A stretch of DNA of 64,000 nucleotides from Squalus acanthias (lineage: Eukaryota). Positions 51,101 to 64,000 of this stretch are shown in pieces. The stretch spans positions 496,001 to 560,000 of the forward strand of contig JASTWF010000223.1 in NCBI GenBank assembly GCA_030390025.1. Direction: 5' to 3'. The notes under the pieces are model-generated. The model did no database searches, was not told the DNA's origin, and saw only the letters and a program-made list of their open reading frames with translations. Made by a program: the position numbers and the translations under genes. Every line of letters begins with the position of its first letter. Positions within the stretch are counted from its first letter, which is position 1.

Positions 51101-51432
51101 CAATGATAACTTTTCATTTAATTCAGATTCCATCATTTGCAATGTTATTTGGAAAATCTTCCTTTCAATGAGCTACAATCTGTGTATTTCAAAAAAATGC
51201 AGAAAAATCAATCTTCAAAACACTTCTTACAGCCCAGTTACCTTTATAACTGCAGTGCACTTGTATTTATTATCCTATCATTGTCATATTACATCCGTAC
51301 ATTTTAAATACAATTGTGTGTAATTATTGAATGTCGCTAATGAGTTGCAGATTTCACCCCGAATTATATCAAACTGCTGCTCTTGCTCCCAGCCTGATGT
51401 TTAATTTCCCTATTTATTTCCCTTCCTCACAT

Positions 51433-52328
51433 TTAACTTAGTGACGATTGTGATCCTGTCTCGGGAAAGTGCGGTCTCCCCAAATGTGTCACTCAGTACT
51501 TGGTGGCCCTGGCAGCGGCGGATCTACTGGTCGTTATCCTCGCCCTGATATTGAGGCAGATTTCGATTATTTATAGGAACAGTTTGATTGCGTTCGGTCC
51601 ATCCTCGTGTGTAATATCCACGCCGTCCTGCTTTATGCACAGACTGTTCTGTCTGGTTCACCGTCACTTTCACCTTTGATCGATTTGTGGACATTTGTTG
51701 CCAGAAGCTGAAAACTAAATATTGCACCGAGAAAACGGCGGCTGTAGTTCTGGGAACAGTGACTGTGCTGAGCGGTTTAAAGAACATCACCTGGTATTTT
51801 ATGTTCACAGATCGGTATTGGCTTTCGAACGACCCCTGGTTTTGTGATGTAACAATGGATGTTCAGGAATCACGGGTCTGGGGAACAATCGAGTTCCTTC
51901 ATTATATTCCTACCCTGAGTGTCCCATTTGTTATGATTCTGCTGCTCAATTCTGTCACCGTCAGACACATTTTAGGGTCCAGCAGAGCCCGCAGGAGACT
52001 CCGGGGTCCCAGCAGTGGGGAGAGTCCCAGAGACCCAGAGATGGAGAGCCGCAGGAAATCCATCATTTTACTGCTTGTTTTGTCAGGCAATTTCATCCTG
52101 TTATGGGCAGATTTTATGCTGTATTATATATGGAGGCGGATATAGTATTTGGTTTCTGTGTCTGTATTTCTAAATTATTAGGCACTGGAAATGGCATTGA
52201 TGCTGCAGCTCCTGAGTTGCTGCACAATCACTGGGATTTACTCCGTGACTCAGACTAAGTTCAGAGAGCAGTTGAAGACTATGGTGAAATATCCCTTTAC
52301 TATATTTGTAAAATTCATTAAAGGATGA
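51433..52328 (+). pseudogene. GPR139/GPR142-like GPCR pseudogene (GPCR-C), single 72-bp unit
   Basis: NLVTIVILSR..., SVWFTVTFTFDRFVDICCQKLKTKYC and DPEMESRRKSIILL motifs. Acceptor reads cacat instead of cacag; frameshifts and stops present. Confidence 0.88.
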
Positions 52329-52379
52329 GAAGAAGCGAAGTATTTGTAACCTGAGAGCTCCCTAGGTCTGAAATTGCGA

Positions 52380-52870
52380 TGAGCCGCTCTCCCCGTGCCG
52401 TCAGCGGGTCCGGTGATCGGGGACATTCACATTCTCACTCACACACTGTCTACACTGGGCTCCCTGGGGCTGATGGTGTGTTGAGCCGCTCTCCCCCGGG
52501 CCACCCGCGGGGCCGGTGATCGGGGCTATTCACACGCTCACTCACACACTGTCTACACTGGACTCACTGGGTCTGATACTGTGTCTCGCCGCTCTCCCCC
52601 GGGCCGCCCACCCGCGGGGCCGGTGATCGGGGACAAATACACACTGTCTACACTGTTTTTCCATGGCCTGCTATTTTGGCAAGTCGCTCTGCCCCAGGCT
52701 GGACCGCCAGAGGGGCGGGTAATCGGGGACATTCACACGCTCACTCACATACACTCTACAGTGAGTTCTCTGGGACTGATATCGTGGCCAGCCGCTCTCT
52801 CCCGAACTGCCCGCGGGGTGGTTGATCGCGGACATTCACACGTTCATTCATACACTGTCTACACTGGGCT
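52380..52870. repeat. ~100-bp GC-rich tandem repeat, about 5 copies
   Basis: Recurring gccgctctcccc...ccggtgatcggggacattcacacgctcactcacacactgtctacactggg. Confidence 0.85.
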
Positions 52871-53499
52871 GCCTGTGAGGGGCGCAGCCAACTGTCAGGC
52901 CCCTCTGGAAAGGCACCACTGCCCTAGAAAAAGATGGCCGCCCCTAACGCGCCGCCAGAAGCAGCGGAATTCCCGTCAGCACTAAGATGTCGGCTGCCTT
53001 GCCCTAGACAATGATGGGATGTCACATTTGTCCACCCCAGTCCAACACCGGCATCTCCACATCTAGACAATGATGGCGGCGCTGCTCAGTGAGCTCAGCA
53101 GCGGGACCCGCCCCACCCAGCACAATGATGGCGGCTCCCGCGCCCCGCGTAAAAATGGCGGCATCGGTGCCCCGCACAAAAATGGCGGTTCGCACTCGGA
53201 ATTTTTCTCCGGTGGGCGGGTATCAGCCATTGAGATTTCACCTTTCCAAGAAGCGAGGCCGGGGGAGTGAAAGTCTGCACAAAGCTGGATTAAACAGAGT
53301 GGACTTGAACTTGTGTTTTATTTGGTAATTTGGAAAGACTGGGAATTTGGAAAAAGAGGAACAAGGAGTTGTTGCTTTTTGCCTAAACTGCTTGCAGTGC
53401 TTTGTGTTACAGGTAGATATTTCATTTCAGTACACCTAACTTAATCTATATCAAGTAAGTAGTCAGGAAACTAAACTGTAAACTAAGTTTCCGACTTAA

Positions 53500-55100
53500 A
53501 AATTGTATTCAATTCAATTAAATAAAACTAGGTCATATGGGGGTGGGAGTGCAGGTGATGTGCCACAAATGCAGCATCTGGGAGTTTGTGGAGACCTTTG
53601 AGATCCCGGACAACCACGCTTGAAGTAAGTGTCTGCATTTTGAGGAAACTCAGCTCAGGGTTTTTGATCTGGAGTCTGAGTGGCAGACATTGCGATGCAT
53701 CAGGGATGGGGGTGTTACTTGGACACTCTGATCCAGAAGGCATTAACACCCCTTATGTTAGTGGCACAGGTCTTGTTAGTGTTCAGAGACAAGACGGTGT
53801 GACTGCAACTCAGGTAGTTTGATCTAATAGCCATAATGGAAAGGTAATTGAAAAGTGGCCAAAGTTGGGAAATAAATATTCCAGGATACTTAACTTTTAG
53901 AAGAGGTAGGCAAAAGGGAATAGGAGGAGAGTTAGCCCGGATAGTAAAGGATGGGATGAAGACATTAGAGAGAAAGGATCTTTGCTCTGAAAATCAAGAA
54001 GTGAATCAGTTTGGGTGGATCTAGTAAACAGCAAGGAGCAGAAAATATTGGTGGGAGTTGTTTTTGGCCCCCAAACAGTGGTTGGAATTTAGGGCAGCGC
54101 ATAATTCAGGCAATTAGAGGCGCATGTAACATGCATAATACAGTAATCATAGGAGACTTTAATCTACAGATACACTGGGCAAACCACTTTTGCAGTAATA
54201 GTGTGGAGGAAAAATTCATTGGGTTATGCAAGATAGTTCTTGGATCAGTATGATGAGGAACCAACTCGGGAACAGTCGATTTTATATGTAGTACTTTGCA
54301 ATGAGAAATGGTTAATTAATAACCTCGTAGTGAAGGGGCCTTTAGGGAAGGGTGACCATAAGATGTAGAATGTTATAATGAGTTTGAAAGTGATTTAGTT
54401 AAATCCGAAACTAGGTTCTTAAATCTAAAAAAAAAGCAAACTCGTAGGTATGAGGGGCGAGTTGGCTACAGTAGATTGATAAAGTCATAGAGTCATAGAG
54501 TCATAGAGTTATATAGCACAGAAAGAGGCGCTTCGGCCCGTCGTGTCCGCGCCGGCCATCAAGCCCTGTCTATTTTAATCCCATTTTCCAGCACTTGTTC
54601 CATAGCCTTGTATTGTGCAAGGTATGACGGTAGACAAGCAATGGCCAGCATTTAAATAATTAATTAATAATTTACAACAAATATTTATTCCTTTAAGGCA
54701 CAAAAACACCACAGGAAAAGTGGTCCAACTGTGGCTAACAAGAGATGTTAAAGATAGTAGAAGATCAAAGGAAGAGGCTTGTAATACTGCCAAAAGAGTA
54801 GTAAGCCTAAGGATTGGGAGGATTTTAGAATTCAGCAAAGGAGGTCCAAACAATTGATAAAGAAAGGGAAAATTGAACATGAGAGTAAACTCGCGAGAGA
54901 CATAAAACGTACTTTAAATGCTTCTATAGATAGGTAAAAATGGAGATATTAGCAAAAGTAAACGAGGTTCCCTTACAGGCTGAGACAGGAGAAATGATAA
55001 TGGTGAATCAGGAAATGGCAAGAAATTAAACAAATACTTTGTGACTTTTTTCATGGAAGCAGACGCAAACATATTCCCGGAAATAGTGGCGAGCCAAGGT
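53500..55100 (+). mobile_element. Degraded CR1 5' portion (ORF1 remnant, endonuclease, linker)
   Basis: VIIGDFN motif, gaggaaccaactcgggaacag and aaatccgaaactagg blocks shared with the other CR1 copies. Confidence 0.75.
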
Positions 55101-57561
55101 AGCTGTGGCTCAGTGGGTAGCACTCTCTTGGTGGGAGGGGCTAACAGTGAGCAGGTGCTGCTGGTTGCTTGGTTAATGCAGGGAGTTGGAGTGAATTTGT
55201 AAAACGTTAGTGGTGGGTTTTTTCTCAGGTTTTAGGGCCTTTTTGGTCCTTAAGCAGCAGGATGATGGCTGCTGAGCGGCCGGAGTGCTGGGCCCCTCAG
55301 AGGACAGTGTTACCAGAATGAATTTAATCAGTGGAGAAAACGTTGGGGGAAGGCAGGGAAAAGGCCCAAAGAATTGGGCCGAGACTCCAGGAGGATTGAA
55401 AAAGAAAACACGAGGACTGCGGTGAGAGAAGCTGCTTTGCCTGCCGACCAAAGCCGAATTTTGGGTTCCAGGTGATGGTCAGCGGCCGAGAGAAGGTGGA
55501 AAGACTTTGACTCAGTTCGAAAGTTGGTAATAAGTTCTTGGAGGTATCTCTGCTATATTCTGAAGAGGTGGTGGTCTCATTCTTAAATCTACTGGTTTAT
55601 ATTGAGGGCAATGTTCTGATGAAAACGTTGGAGTCGTGGGATATTAAAATTTACTCGGCAATAAAGCGGAGATATTATCCAGGAACGCAGGTAGCAGGTG
55701 GAACCCGTTACGTTTCTGTGTGGTTCCCAGAGGGGTGAAGCCATTGCTGTATAGCATGAAATTTGAGACAATGCAAGGCGTGCTGTACTTCCGGGCACTG
55801 CATTATAACCAGGTGAATGTTTGTTATTTTTGATTTGGACGTGATCATCTTGTAAGAAGCTGTCCAGACTTGTACTGTTATAATTGCGGCGATTCTGGAC
55901 ACAACGCTCGGAGCTGCAAGTTGGAGAGCTGTGGGGTGTGTCACAAAGACCACACCTGCTGTGAGTGTGAGGCAGAAGGAAACCCCTTGAGTAACGAGGA
56001 GATGGGACAAGGAGCAGGAGGTGGGAGTGGAACGGCCGGAGGAGCGGAGCAAGCGGAGGACACAGCTGGTGAATGGAAGTAGAAAACAGCGCAGGAGGAG
56101 GCAGAAATTGGCGGAGCAGAGAACAGAATAGAGATGGTGGAAAACACAACAAGTACAGTGGAAAAGTACAAAGACAGCAGAGGGCAGCAAGAGTCGACGG
56201 CAGAGTCGAGCCATAATACGGCTCGGCTCTCCCTAAAAAATCTGGTGTTCGTTGGGGGAGAGGAGGCAGGAGCGGGTGCATGGTAAGTGTAAGTACTCCA
56301 AAGAAAGACGGGTAGTCAACAAATCGGAGTGCAGGAGAGGGAAAGGCAAGGAGAGGTTGCAAGAGGCAGGAGCCTTAAAGGGGCAGCAGGACGGGAGCGG
56401 GGAGACAAAGACGCCAGAAGGGAGGAAGATAGGTGCAGATGCGCCATTGTCTCAGAGAGAGAAGAAACGGGGAGCAAGTGTCAGCAGTGGAGTTGAGGCC
56501 GAAGGGAGTGGCACTGTTGGAGGTACCGCGATAGCAGGAAGACTCTCTAAGAGAGATTTTGTATCTGACGGGGAGCAGGAATAGGAGGTTACAGAAGAGC
56601 TCGAGAGTGAGGAATCAGAGGGGTACAGAAACATGGATGTGAGAGGTGGGGAGGCATCGTGTGGAAAGTGAAATGTTAGTGAAGGGCCGCAGGACGGAGA
56701 AGGGGCATCTCCTCGGCCCAAACCTAATTTAAGGTAGAGTAGAAACTGCAGGGAATGTTCAAAAAGGAGGTGAAGAAGAGCCGGAGGCTTCAGGAGAAAC
56801 CAACAGCTGCCCGAAAGGTTGGGAAGGAGCATGAGATGAGGGAAGGGCCAGAGATTAAATGATGGGGAGATTATCAGGCATACTTCCCTTATTCGGAGCC
56901 ATGATTACATTGCTCTCGATTAATGTAAACGGACTGAGGGGTGAGAAGAAATTGCAGCAATTGTTGCGGTGTTTTAAAGGCACTGACTTGTTGTGTCTGC
57001 AAGAAATCATTTGGGATGAGGATTTCCTAGATAGAGTTCGGAAGGTTTGGAAGGGAGAGGTGTTTGCAAGTTGTGCAAACAATAACCATAGAGGGCTGGC
57101 TGTTTAGGAGAATCCGTCCATAAAAAAGAACGTTGCCTTGGTGCGCAAGGACACTGAGGGGAGATTTTACGGCTAAAGGTAAAATTGAAGTAATTTAATT
57201 GCGAACTCTTTAATATCTAAGCTCCGAACGACCATTGCAAGCGTCGCGAGGTTTTTGGTGGTTATTCACTGAAGTGGCAGAGGCGGAAAACCCTTGTATA
57301 GTGGGGGATTTTAAAGTATTTTTTATCACGGATGGACATTTCAGATAAGATGACCTTTAAGGATGATAACTCCAGAGGTATTGTAAAACTGATGGCAAAC
57401 TTACATTTGAGAGATTTTTGGAGGGATCGGTACCCCGTATAAAGAGAGTTCTCCAGAAGAGTTTGGGTGGGTGATGTTTCAAAACAGAGCAGAATAGATT
57501 TTGTGTTAATGCTGGAAGGGTTAAGTTCTGAGGTGATGGAGATTTATTACGAAAAAGTATT

Positions 57562-57727
57562 CCACTTCCATTTCCCAGCCCCTAAACCTGCATTAAAATC
57601 TATTACATTTCCTGCTTTTTTCCTGTTCTGAAGAAAGGTCTTCGATCTGAAACGTTAACTCTGTTTCTCTCTCCACGGATGCTGAATGGCCTGCTGAGTT
57701 CTTCCAGCGTTTTCTGTTGTTATTGCA
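57562..57727 (+). mobile_element. Penelope-derived short repeat with hammerhead-like core, inserted in the Tx1-like element
   Basis: CTGAAGA-a-aggtc-ttc-gatct-GAAAC-gtt-aact at 57628-57660; flanked by the direct repeat aaaaagtatt (57552-57561 and 57728-57737). Confidence 0.75.
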
Positions 57728-58289
57728 AAAAAGTATTGTTTACTGACCACTCGGAATTGGTTCTTAGAATTATTAACAACAGAGTTAAGATCGGTCCAGG
57801 GGTGTGGACTTTAAACAATCAATACCTGAAAGACATTGCTTATAAAGAAGGGAATTTAAATATAATAAAGAACGTTCGGAAGGAACCTTTGTTCTTGAAA
57901 TTAAGAAGCGGTTGTTGGGACAATTTCAACTATGAGGTAATTGTTTTTTTCTGTACGTTAAGGGAAAGAGAGAGCGGCAGTCCACTGGCGTCGAGAAGGT
58001 AATATAAACCAAAGTTTACGGATGTTTGTAAAGCAGTTGACGGAGGACAGCTGAGACTAAATGGCTGGTTTAAAAGGAAGAGTGGGATTTATTGCAAGTA
58101 GAAAAATGCAAGGGGGCCATTCTCCGTGCAAAGGATGAAGACGCATTGGATGGCGGAAATGCACTAGATATTTTCGAGTGCAAGAGAAGCTGCGACAGAT
58201 ATTATCATTAATTAGAGAGTTGAAGTTTGGGGAGATAATTTATGAAAGTGGGGGGATTTTGGAGGCGGCTAGCAGCTATTATGCGACCC

Positions 58290-59855
58290 CAGCTCGGACC
58301 CCAGCTATTCACAGTATATATTAATGTTCCAGACGAGGGAACTAGATATAATATCTCCAAGTTTGCAGACGACACAAAGCTGGGTGGGTGTGCGTGCTGT
58401 AAGGAGGATGCCGAGAAACTCCAGTATGATTTGGACAGGTTGGGTGATTGGGCAGATGCATGGAAGATGCAGTATAATGTGGAAAAATGCGAGGTTATCC
58501 ACATTGGTGGTAAAAACAGGAAGGCAGATTCTTATCTGAACGGCAATAGATTGTGAGAAGGGGAAGTGTAACGAGACCTGGGTGTCCTTGTGCACCAGTC
58601 GCTGAAGGTAAACATGCAGGTGCAGCAGGCGGTTAAGAAGGGAAATGGCATGTTGGCCTTCATAGCGAGAGGATTCGAGTACAGGAGCAACGATGTCTTG
58701 CTGCAGTTGTACAGGGCGTTGGTGAGACCACACCTTGAGTATTGTGTGCAGTTTTCGTCGCCTTATATGAGGAAGGATGTTCTTGCCATGGAGAGAGTGC
58801 AGCGAAGATTCACCAGACTGATACCTGGGATGGCAGGAATGACTTATGAGGAGAGATTGGTCGATTAGGCTTATATTCGCTGGAGTTTAGAAGAATGAGA
58901 GGGGATCTCATTGAAACTTACAAAATTCAAACAGGACTAGACAGACTAGATGCAGGAAGGATGTTCCCGATGGCGGGGGAGTCCAGAACCAGGGGTCACA
59001 GTCTAAAGATAAGGGGTAAGCCATTTAGGACAGAGATGAGGAAGAATTTCTTCACACAGAGAGTGGTGTACCTGTGGAATTCTCTATCACAAAAGACAGT
59101 TGAGGCCAATTCATTAAATATATTCAAGAAGGAGTTAGATATATTTCTTAAGGCTAAAGGGATCAAGGGATATGGGGAGAAAGCAGGGACAGGGGACTGA
59201 ATTTGGATGATCAGCCATGATCTCATTAAATGGCGGAGCAGGCTCGAGGGCCCGAATGGCTTACTCCTGCTCCTATCTTCTATGTTTCTATTATCAAGAA
59301 CTTTTTCCAAAAGAAGATATTCAAATTGGCGATGAAGAAGGTTAGTGCTTTTTATTGAAGAGGGTTTAAACATATGAACATACGAAATAGGAGCAGGAGT
59401 TGGCCACTCGGCCGCTCGAGCCTGCTCCGCCATTCAGTAAGATCATGGCTGATCTGATTACTCCACATTCCCGCCTACCCCGATAAACTTTCACCCCCTT
59501 GCTTATCAACAATCTATCTATCTCTGCCTCAAAAATATCCAAAAACTCCGCTTCAACCGCCCTCTGAGGAAAAGAGATCCAAAGACTCACAACCTTCTGT
59601 GAGAAAAAAGTCTTCCTCATCTGTGTCTTATTTTTAAACAGTGACCCCTAGTTCTAGATTCTTCCACAAGAGGAAACATCTCCTCCACATCCACCCTGTC
59701 CAGACCCCTCAGCATCTTTTATGTTTCAATCAAGTCACCTCTTACTCTTCTGAACTCCAGTGGATACAAGCCTAGCCTGTCCACCCTTTCCTCATAAGAC
59801 AATCCGCCCATTCCAGGTGTTAGTCGAGTAAACCTTCTCTGAACTGCTTCCAACG
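58290..59855. mobile_element. Two CR1 3' fragments (+ 58290-59290; - 59370-59855) nested in the Tx1-like element
   Basis: LGPQLF, KFADDTKL, RPHLEYCVQF and RGDLIETYKI motifs, with CR1 3' UTRs. Confidence 0.9.
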
Positions 59856-60494
59856 AATGAGAGAAGCATGTCTGACAAAGAAGCAGGACTAGCTGAAATA
59901 AAAGTAACAATAAGTGTAATGAAAGGGGCGGGGGGAGGGGATCGCCAAGTGTCCGGTGGACTAAGTGCCAAATATTGTAAAGATTTTTCAGAGATTTTAA
60001 GTCTATTGCTCTCAGAGGTTTTTAAGGAGATTAACTGAGGGAAGCCTGGTTCACAGCTATGAGGAGTGGTGTCATAAGCTCAGCTTATAAAAATAAAGGG
60101 GATAGAAAGGATCTAATGAATTGGAGGCCCATCACATTATTAAATGGAGATTAAAGGAGCTTGGCGAGGGTCATGGCAAATCTTATGGAAGAGGTGATGC
60201 CGCAGATAGTTTTGTCCTCTCAGTCCTATGGAGTCATAGGCCGGGACAGCGCAGTTCTGTTGTCTTGATCCGAGATGCGATGGAGCTCAAGGAAGAGAGT
60301 GGGAGGGAGGCTTATGTATTAAAGATAGAGCAAGAGAAAGCCTTTGATCGCTCATGAGTTTTTATTGATGGTTTTGGAAGCATTTGGTTTCGGGGAAAGT
60401 GTCATTGATTGGATAAGAATTGTTTATTCAACATATTCAGCTGTGAGAAATGTAATGGTTTTCTATCCAAGTATTTTCCCATAGAGAGAGGAGG

Positions 60495-60865
60495 GTGGTG
60501 ATGGATGGGGACTGGTTGGGCCACTGTTCAAGGAAGAAGCGGAGCGCCCTCAGGCCATCCTGGTGGGGGATGGAGGTGTAGAGGGATTGTACGTCCATGG
60601 TGAAAAGGAGGCGGTTGGGGCCGGCAAACTGGAAACTGTTAAAGTGTCGGAGGGCCTCGGAAGAGTCACGGATGTCGGTGGGAAGAGACTGGACAAGGGG
60701 AGAAAAAATAGAGTCGAGATAGGAAGAGATAAATTACCATTTCCAAGACCGTCACTGAACTCATATGCTCTGGGGACCTTCCCCCCACGGCCGCCAACCT
60801 CATAGTTCCCCAACCCCGCACAGCCCGCTTCTACCTCCTTCCCAAGATCCACAAACAGGACTGCC
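60495..60865 (-). mobile_element. Penelope-like RT fragment
   Basis: Reverse strand encodes LLFTMDVQSLYTSIPHQDGLRALRFF, a PLE RT motif. Confidence 0.8.
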
Positions 60866-60869
60866 CTAG

Positions 60870-63800
60870 TAGACCCATCGTTTCAGCCTGTTCTCGCCTC
60901 AACGGCCCAACCAGTACCCATCCACCATCACCCGCCTCCTGTTAGTGTGGTAGAAAAAGCTGTTAATGTGGAAGAAAAACCTTTTATTGCGGTAGAAGGA
61001 CCAGTTATGCCCACTGCACCCTCCTGCACACTTCGATTAGAAGGAAATTGTTACAATTGTGGGAGACCTGGGCACTATTCTAATTTTTGTAAGAAACCTC
61101 GAAAACAGTGCCAACGGTACCCTCTCCTTCAAGGAAATGTACCCCCACCACCCGCGATAATATCCGCTGATCCCCTGGAGACCAAGTTAGATCAATTGGC
61201 CGGAGAAATGAGTAAAATGACAGCCATACTGAACACCCACATTGTTACAAGAGCTAATCCGGTGGGGGCCTTCTCGAACCAGGCTGGACGACAGCCACAG
61301 GGATCCCAGGCAACGGCCCAATGAAGGGACGGGCCCTCTCTTGTTCGGAAGTGGGGTTCCGACGTGATGTTAACGGGCGACAGGAAATGTTGTTTTTTCT
61401 AACGGGGGGCCGACAACAACTCATGCTTATTGACACCGGTTCATCCATTACCATCATCCATACCGTACACCCTGAACGCCATGCTGCGGCGGGCAAGGGA
61501 TGCTTGACATTACCAGGCTTTGATGGGAAGCCAACCTCTGCTTTTAAGGGAGAAATAATAACTATGTGTAAAAACGGAATTTAATTGAATGTTGATAGCA
61601 CTGTCTTGATGACAACTCCTGATGAAAGGGGCATATTGGGAAGTGATGTTTTGGAAAGTTACGGGACAATTATTGATTACAACCAGAGATGTATTTGGAT
61701 TCGGGACAGGAGGTGGTGAATTTGTCGAAATATCGGATGCCCACTCCGTTTTTGCGATTAATAAGACTTGCTTGTACGAGGCATTAGATCACACAGATGA
61801 GCGAGTCAAAGTATTAATTCAAACGCACTCACCCTCATTCGCCACCAGTAAGCAGGACTGCGGTCGAATGGAATGTGAGGAGACGATTAACGGTCCGCCC
61901 CACTCCTTTGTTCAACAGTACCCAATTCCCAAAGAAAGTCATCCCTATATTAGAGACGTCATCGACTCCCTCTTAAAACAGGGCATTCTGAGAACAGGCA
62001 CGTTCACGGTTAATTCATCAGCTTGGCCGGTTCGGAAGCCGCACAATAGCTGGAGGCTCACTGTTGATTACCGAATTCTTAACAAGGTTACACCCAAGAG
62101 CGCTCCTATTGTTAAGGATGCTCCCACCTTATTATCAGAGCTCCTGAAAGACTCTAAATACTGCTCCACCCTAGACATTGCGAATGGCTTTTGGAGTATT
62201 CCCGACAGAACAGAGGATCAATATAAATTTGCTTTCACCTCTGAGGACCAGAGTTACACGTGGTCGTGCCGCCCCAAGGCTTCCACAACGCCCCGAACAT
62301 TTTCCATACCAGAATGATACGGATCCTGAAAGCTTTTTCTAAGCCCCAGTGTCTGCTTTAGTGTGTCGAAGATTTGCTACTGGCTACTCGTACAATCGAG
62401 GAGCACGTTGAACTATTAGATGAACTTTTAACACTGTTAAGCAGTGCAGCTTGAAAATTAACCCTGGAAGAGCTCAGCTTTTGCAGGAAAAGGTCACCTA
62501 TTTGGGAGTGACGATCTCTCCGTAGGGTCTAAGTCCTGACGAGCACAAAATAGAGGTCATTCAACGACTCCCGCTTCCTGTATCCCGGACAGCACTCCGA
62601 TCGTTTTTGGGACTACTTGGATACCAGCGTAGTTTTATTCCTGGATTTGCAGAACTTGTAAAGCCCCTCTATGAACTGTTAAAAGGAAAAGAGGATCAAA
62701 GTTCCTCCCTGTGGGGGCCAGATCACACCGCTGCAGTTAAGAATTTGAAACAGGCTGTTACGCAGACTACCTGTCTGATATCACCTGACCCGACACAACC
62801 ATTCCATCTCGAGGTCGGATCCAACGACCACAGTCTGACTGCGGTCCTATGTCAAGAACGACTGCACAGATTACAAACGATCGCTTATGCCTCACGGGTA
62901 TTGCAGGGGGCAGAACGGACTTATTCAGCGTGTGAGCGCCACTCACTGGCAACGTTCTGGGCCAATCAACACTTTACCTACATTACGGGCTTTCAGAGGA
63001 TCATCTTACATTCCCCTTACACCCCACTGAACCTCCTTATCCAACTAGGCAATTCGTTGATCTTATCCCGACGCATCAGTAAATGGATTTTCGAACTATT
63101 ACATCGGGACATTGATATAACCTCCAAACAGACAACTCTTTTACCACTGATGCTTGCGTATGAGGGACAGCCTCACAAGTGTTCACTGCCTTTAATAGAC
63201 TTTGAGTCCCATCCTGTTTTGCGATCACCAAAAGAAGAAACCTCTGAAGTATACGTGGATGGCTCCTCCTACCACATACAGGGGTCACCTCATACCGGAT
63301 GTGCTGTGGTCCTGCCCGAGAAGATTCTCAAGTTTAAAAGTAACAAACACTCAAGCCAATATATAGAGATTTTGGCCCATCTCATCGCCGTTCAAGAAAC
63401 TTCTGGCTACCCGACAAACATTTGGTCTGACAGTGCCTATCCCATCAATGCCATGCTGTCCCTTCCCCTCTACCAAAAGAATTCCTACTTCTCGTCAGAT
63501 GGTAAACCCCTAACACATGGGTCATGCTTACGTCCCAAATGGCAGGCCCTAAAGGCACGACAAAAGCCTTATCACATTGGTAAGGGTAATGCCCTGGGGT
63601 ATAATGCGGCAGATGTAGCTGCTAAAGAAGCAGCCCTGACCCATGATCCTCTCCCTCTACCACTTGTGGAGTTAATCTGCTGCAGTTAGCAAAGCTCTCA
63701 ATCTGGCTTCGCTTCAAACAGATTATTGCCCCTATGAGATGGTCATCAATTGGCATGACCAAGGTAAACCCTTACCGGCACCTACCACATGGGCCCCCAA

Positions 63801-64000
63801 GACCCTTCTTAGTATAAAGGGTTCACATACTTATGTATCAAAATGCCCCAGATAACTACCCGGTTGTCTGTATTCCCCCACACCTGGCAGAAGAACTCTT
63901 GTTCCTATTGCTCTCCCAACCTGTAGGAGGTCATTACTCGACAGAAGTCACTTTCATAAAGATTGCCTCCATAGCCTGGTGGCCTGATATGAAGGAAACT
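60870..64000 (+). mobile_element. Retrovirus-like LTR element: gag C-terminus, protease, RT, tether, RNase H, integrase start (degraded; continues beyond the window)
   Basis: CYNCGRPGHYSNFC; LIDTGSSITII; WPVRKP..SWRLTVDYR.LN; LDIANGFWSIP; degenerate YVDD (CVED); FLGLLGYQRSFIPGFA; second RNase H with VYVDGSS...WSDSAY...N.AAD.AAK; GGHYS...WWPDM. Confidence 0.92.

Larger units (their letters stand above)
55130..60490 (+). mobile_element. Degraded Tx1/L1-clade non-LTR retrotransposon with nested insertions
   Basis: ORF1 zinc knuckles (CFICGRDHLVRSC-like, CYNCGDSGHNARSC, CGVCHKDH); ORF2 start MITLLSINVNGLR...LCLQE; GPGVWTLN; NWRPITLLN and IEQEKAFDR RT motifs. Confidence 0.85.

Overview
Repeat-dense vertebrate genomic DNA, not prokaryotic. 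A shark or other cartilaginous fish is inferred from the CR1, Penelope and Deu-type SINE content and from the GPCR family present. Non-repeat genes: (i) two minus-strand antigen-receptor V segments of TCR alpha/delta type, each with a 23-bp-spacer RSS. One is intact, with a leader exon, a 93-bp intron and a double octamer promoter; the other is a point-mutated pseudogene. (ii) Three paralogous GPR139/GPR142-like class A GPCR genes that carry 2, 8 and 1 copies of the same in-frame 72-bp (24-aa) unit across TM1-ICL1-TM2. The rest is mobile DNA: two retroviral-type elements (integrase/env remnant at the left end, gag-pro-pol at the right end), many CR1 LINE fragments, a Tx1-like LINE, Penelope fragments with hammerhead-like motifs, Harbinger-type MITEs sharing an ACAWTG(T) target, SINEs and at least six minisatellites. 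There is a 912-N assembly gap. Repeat boundaries were read by eye and are approximate; family names rest on motif recognition, not database searches.
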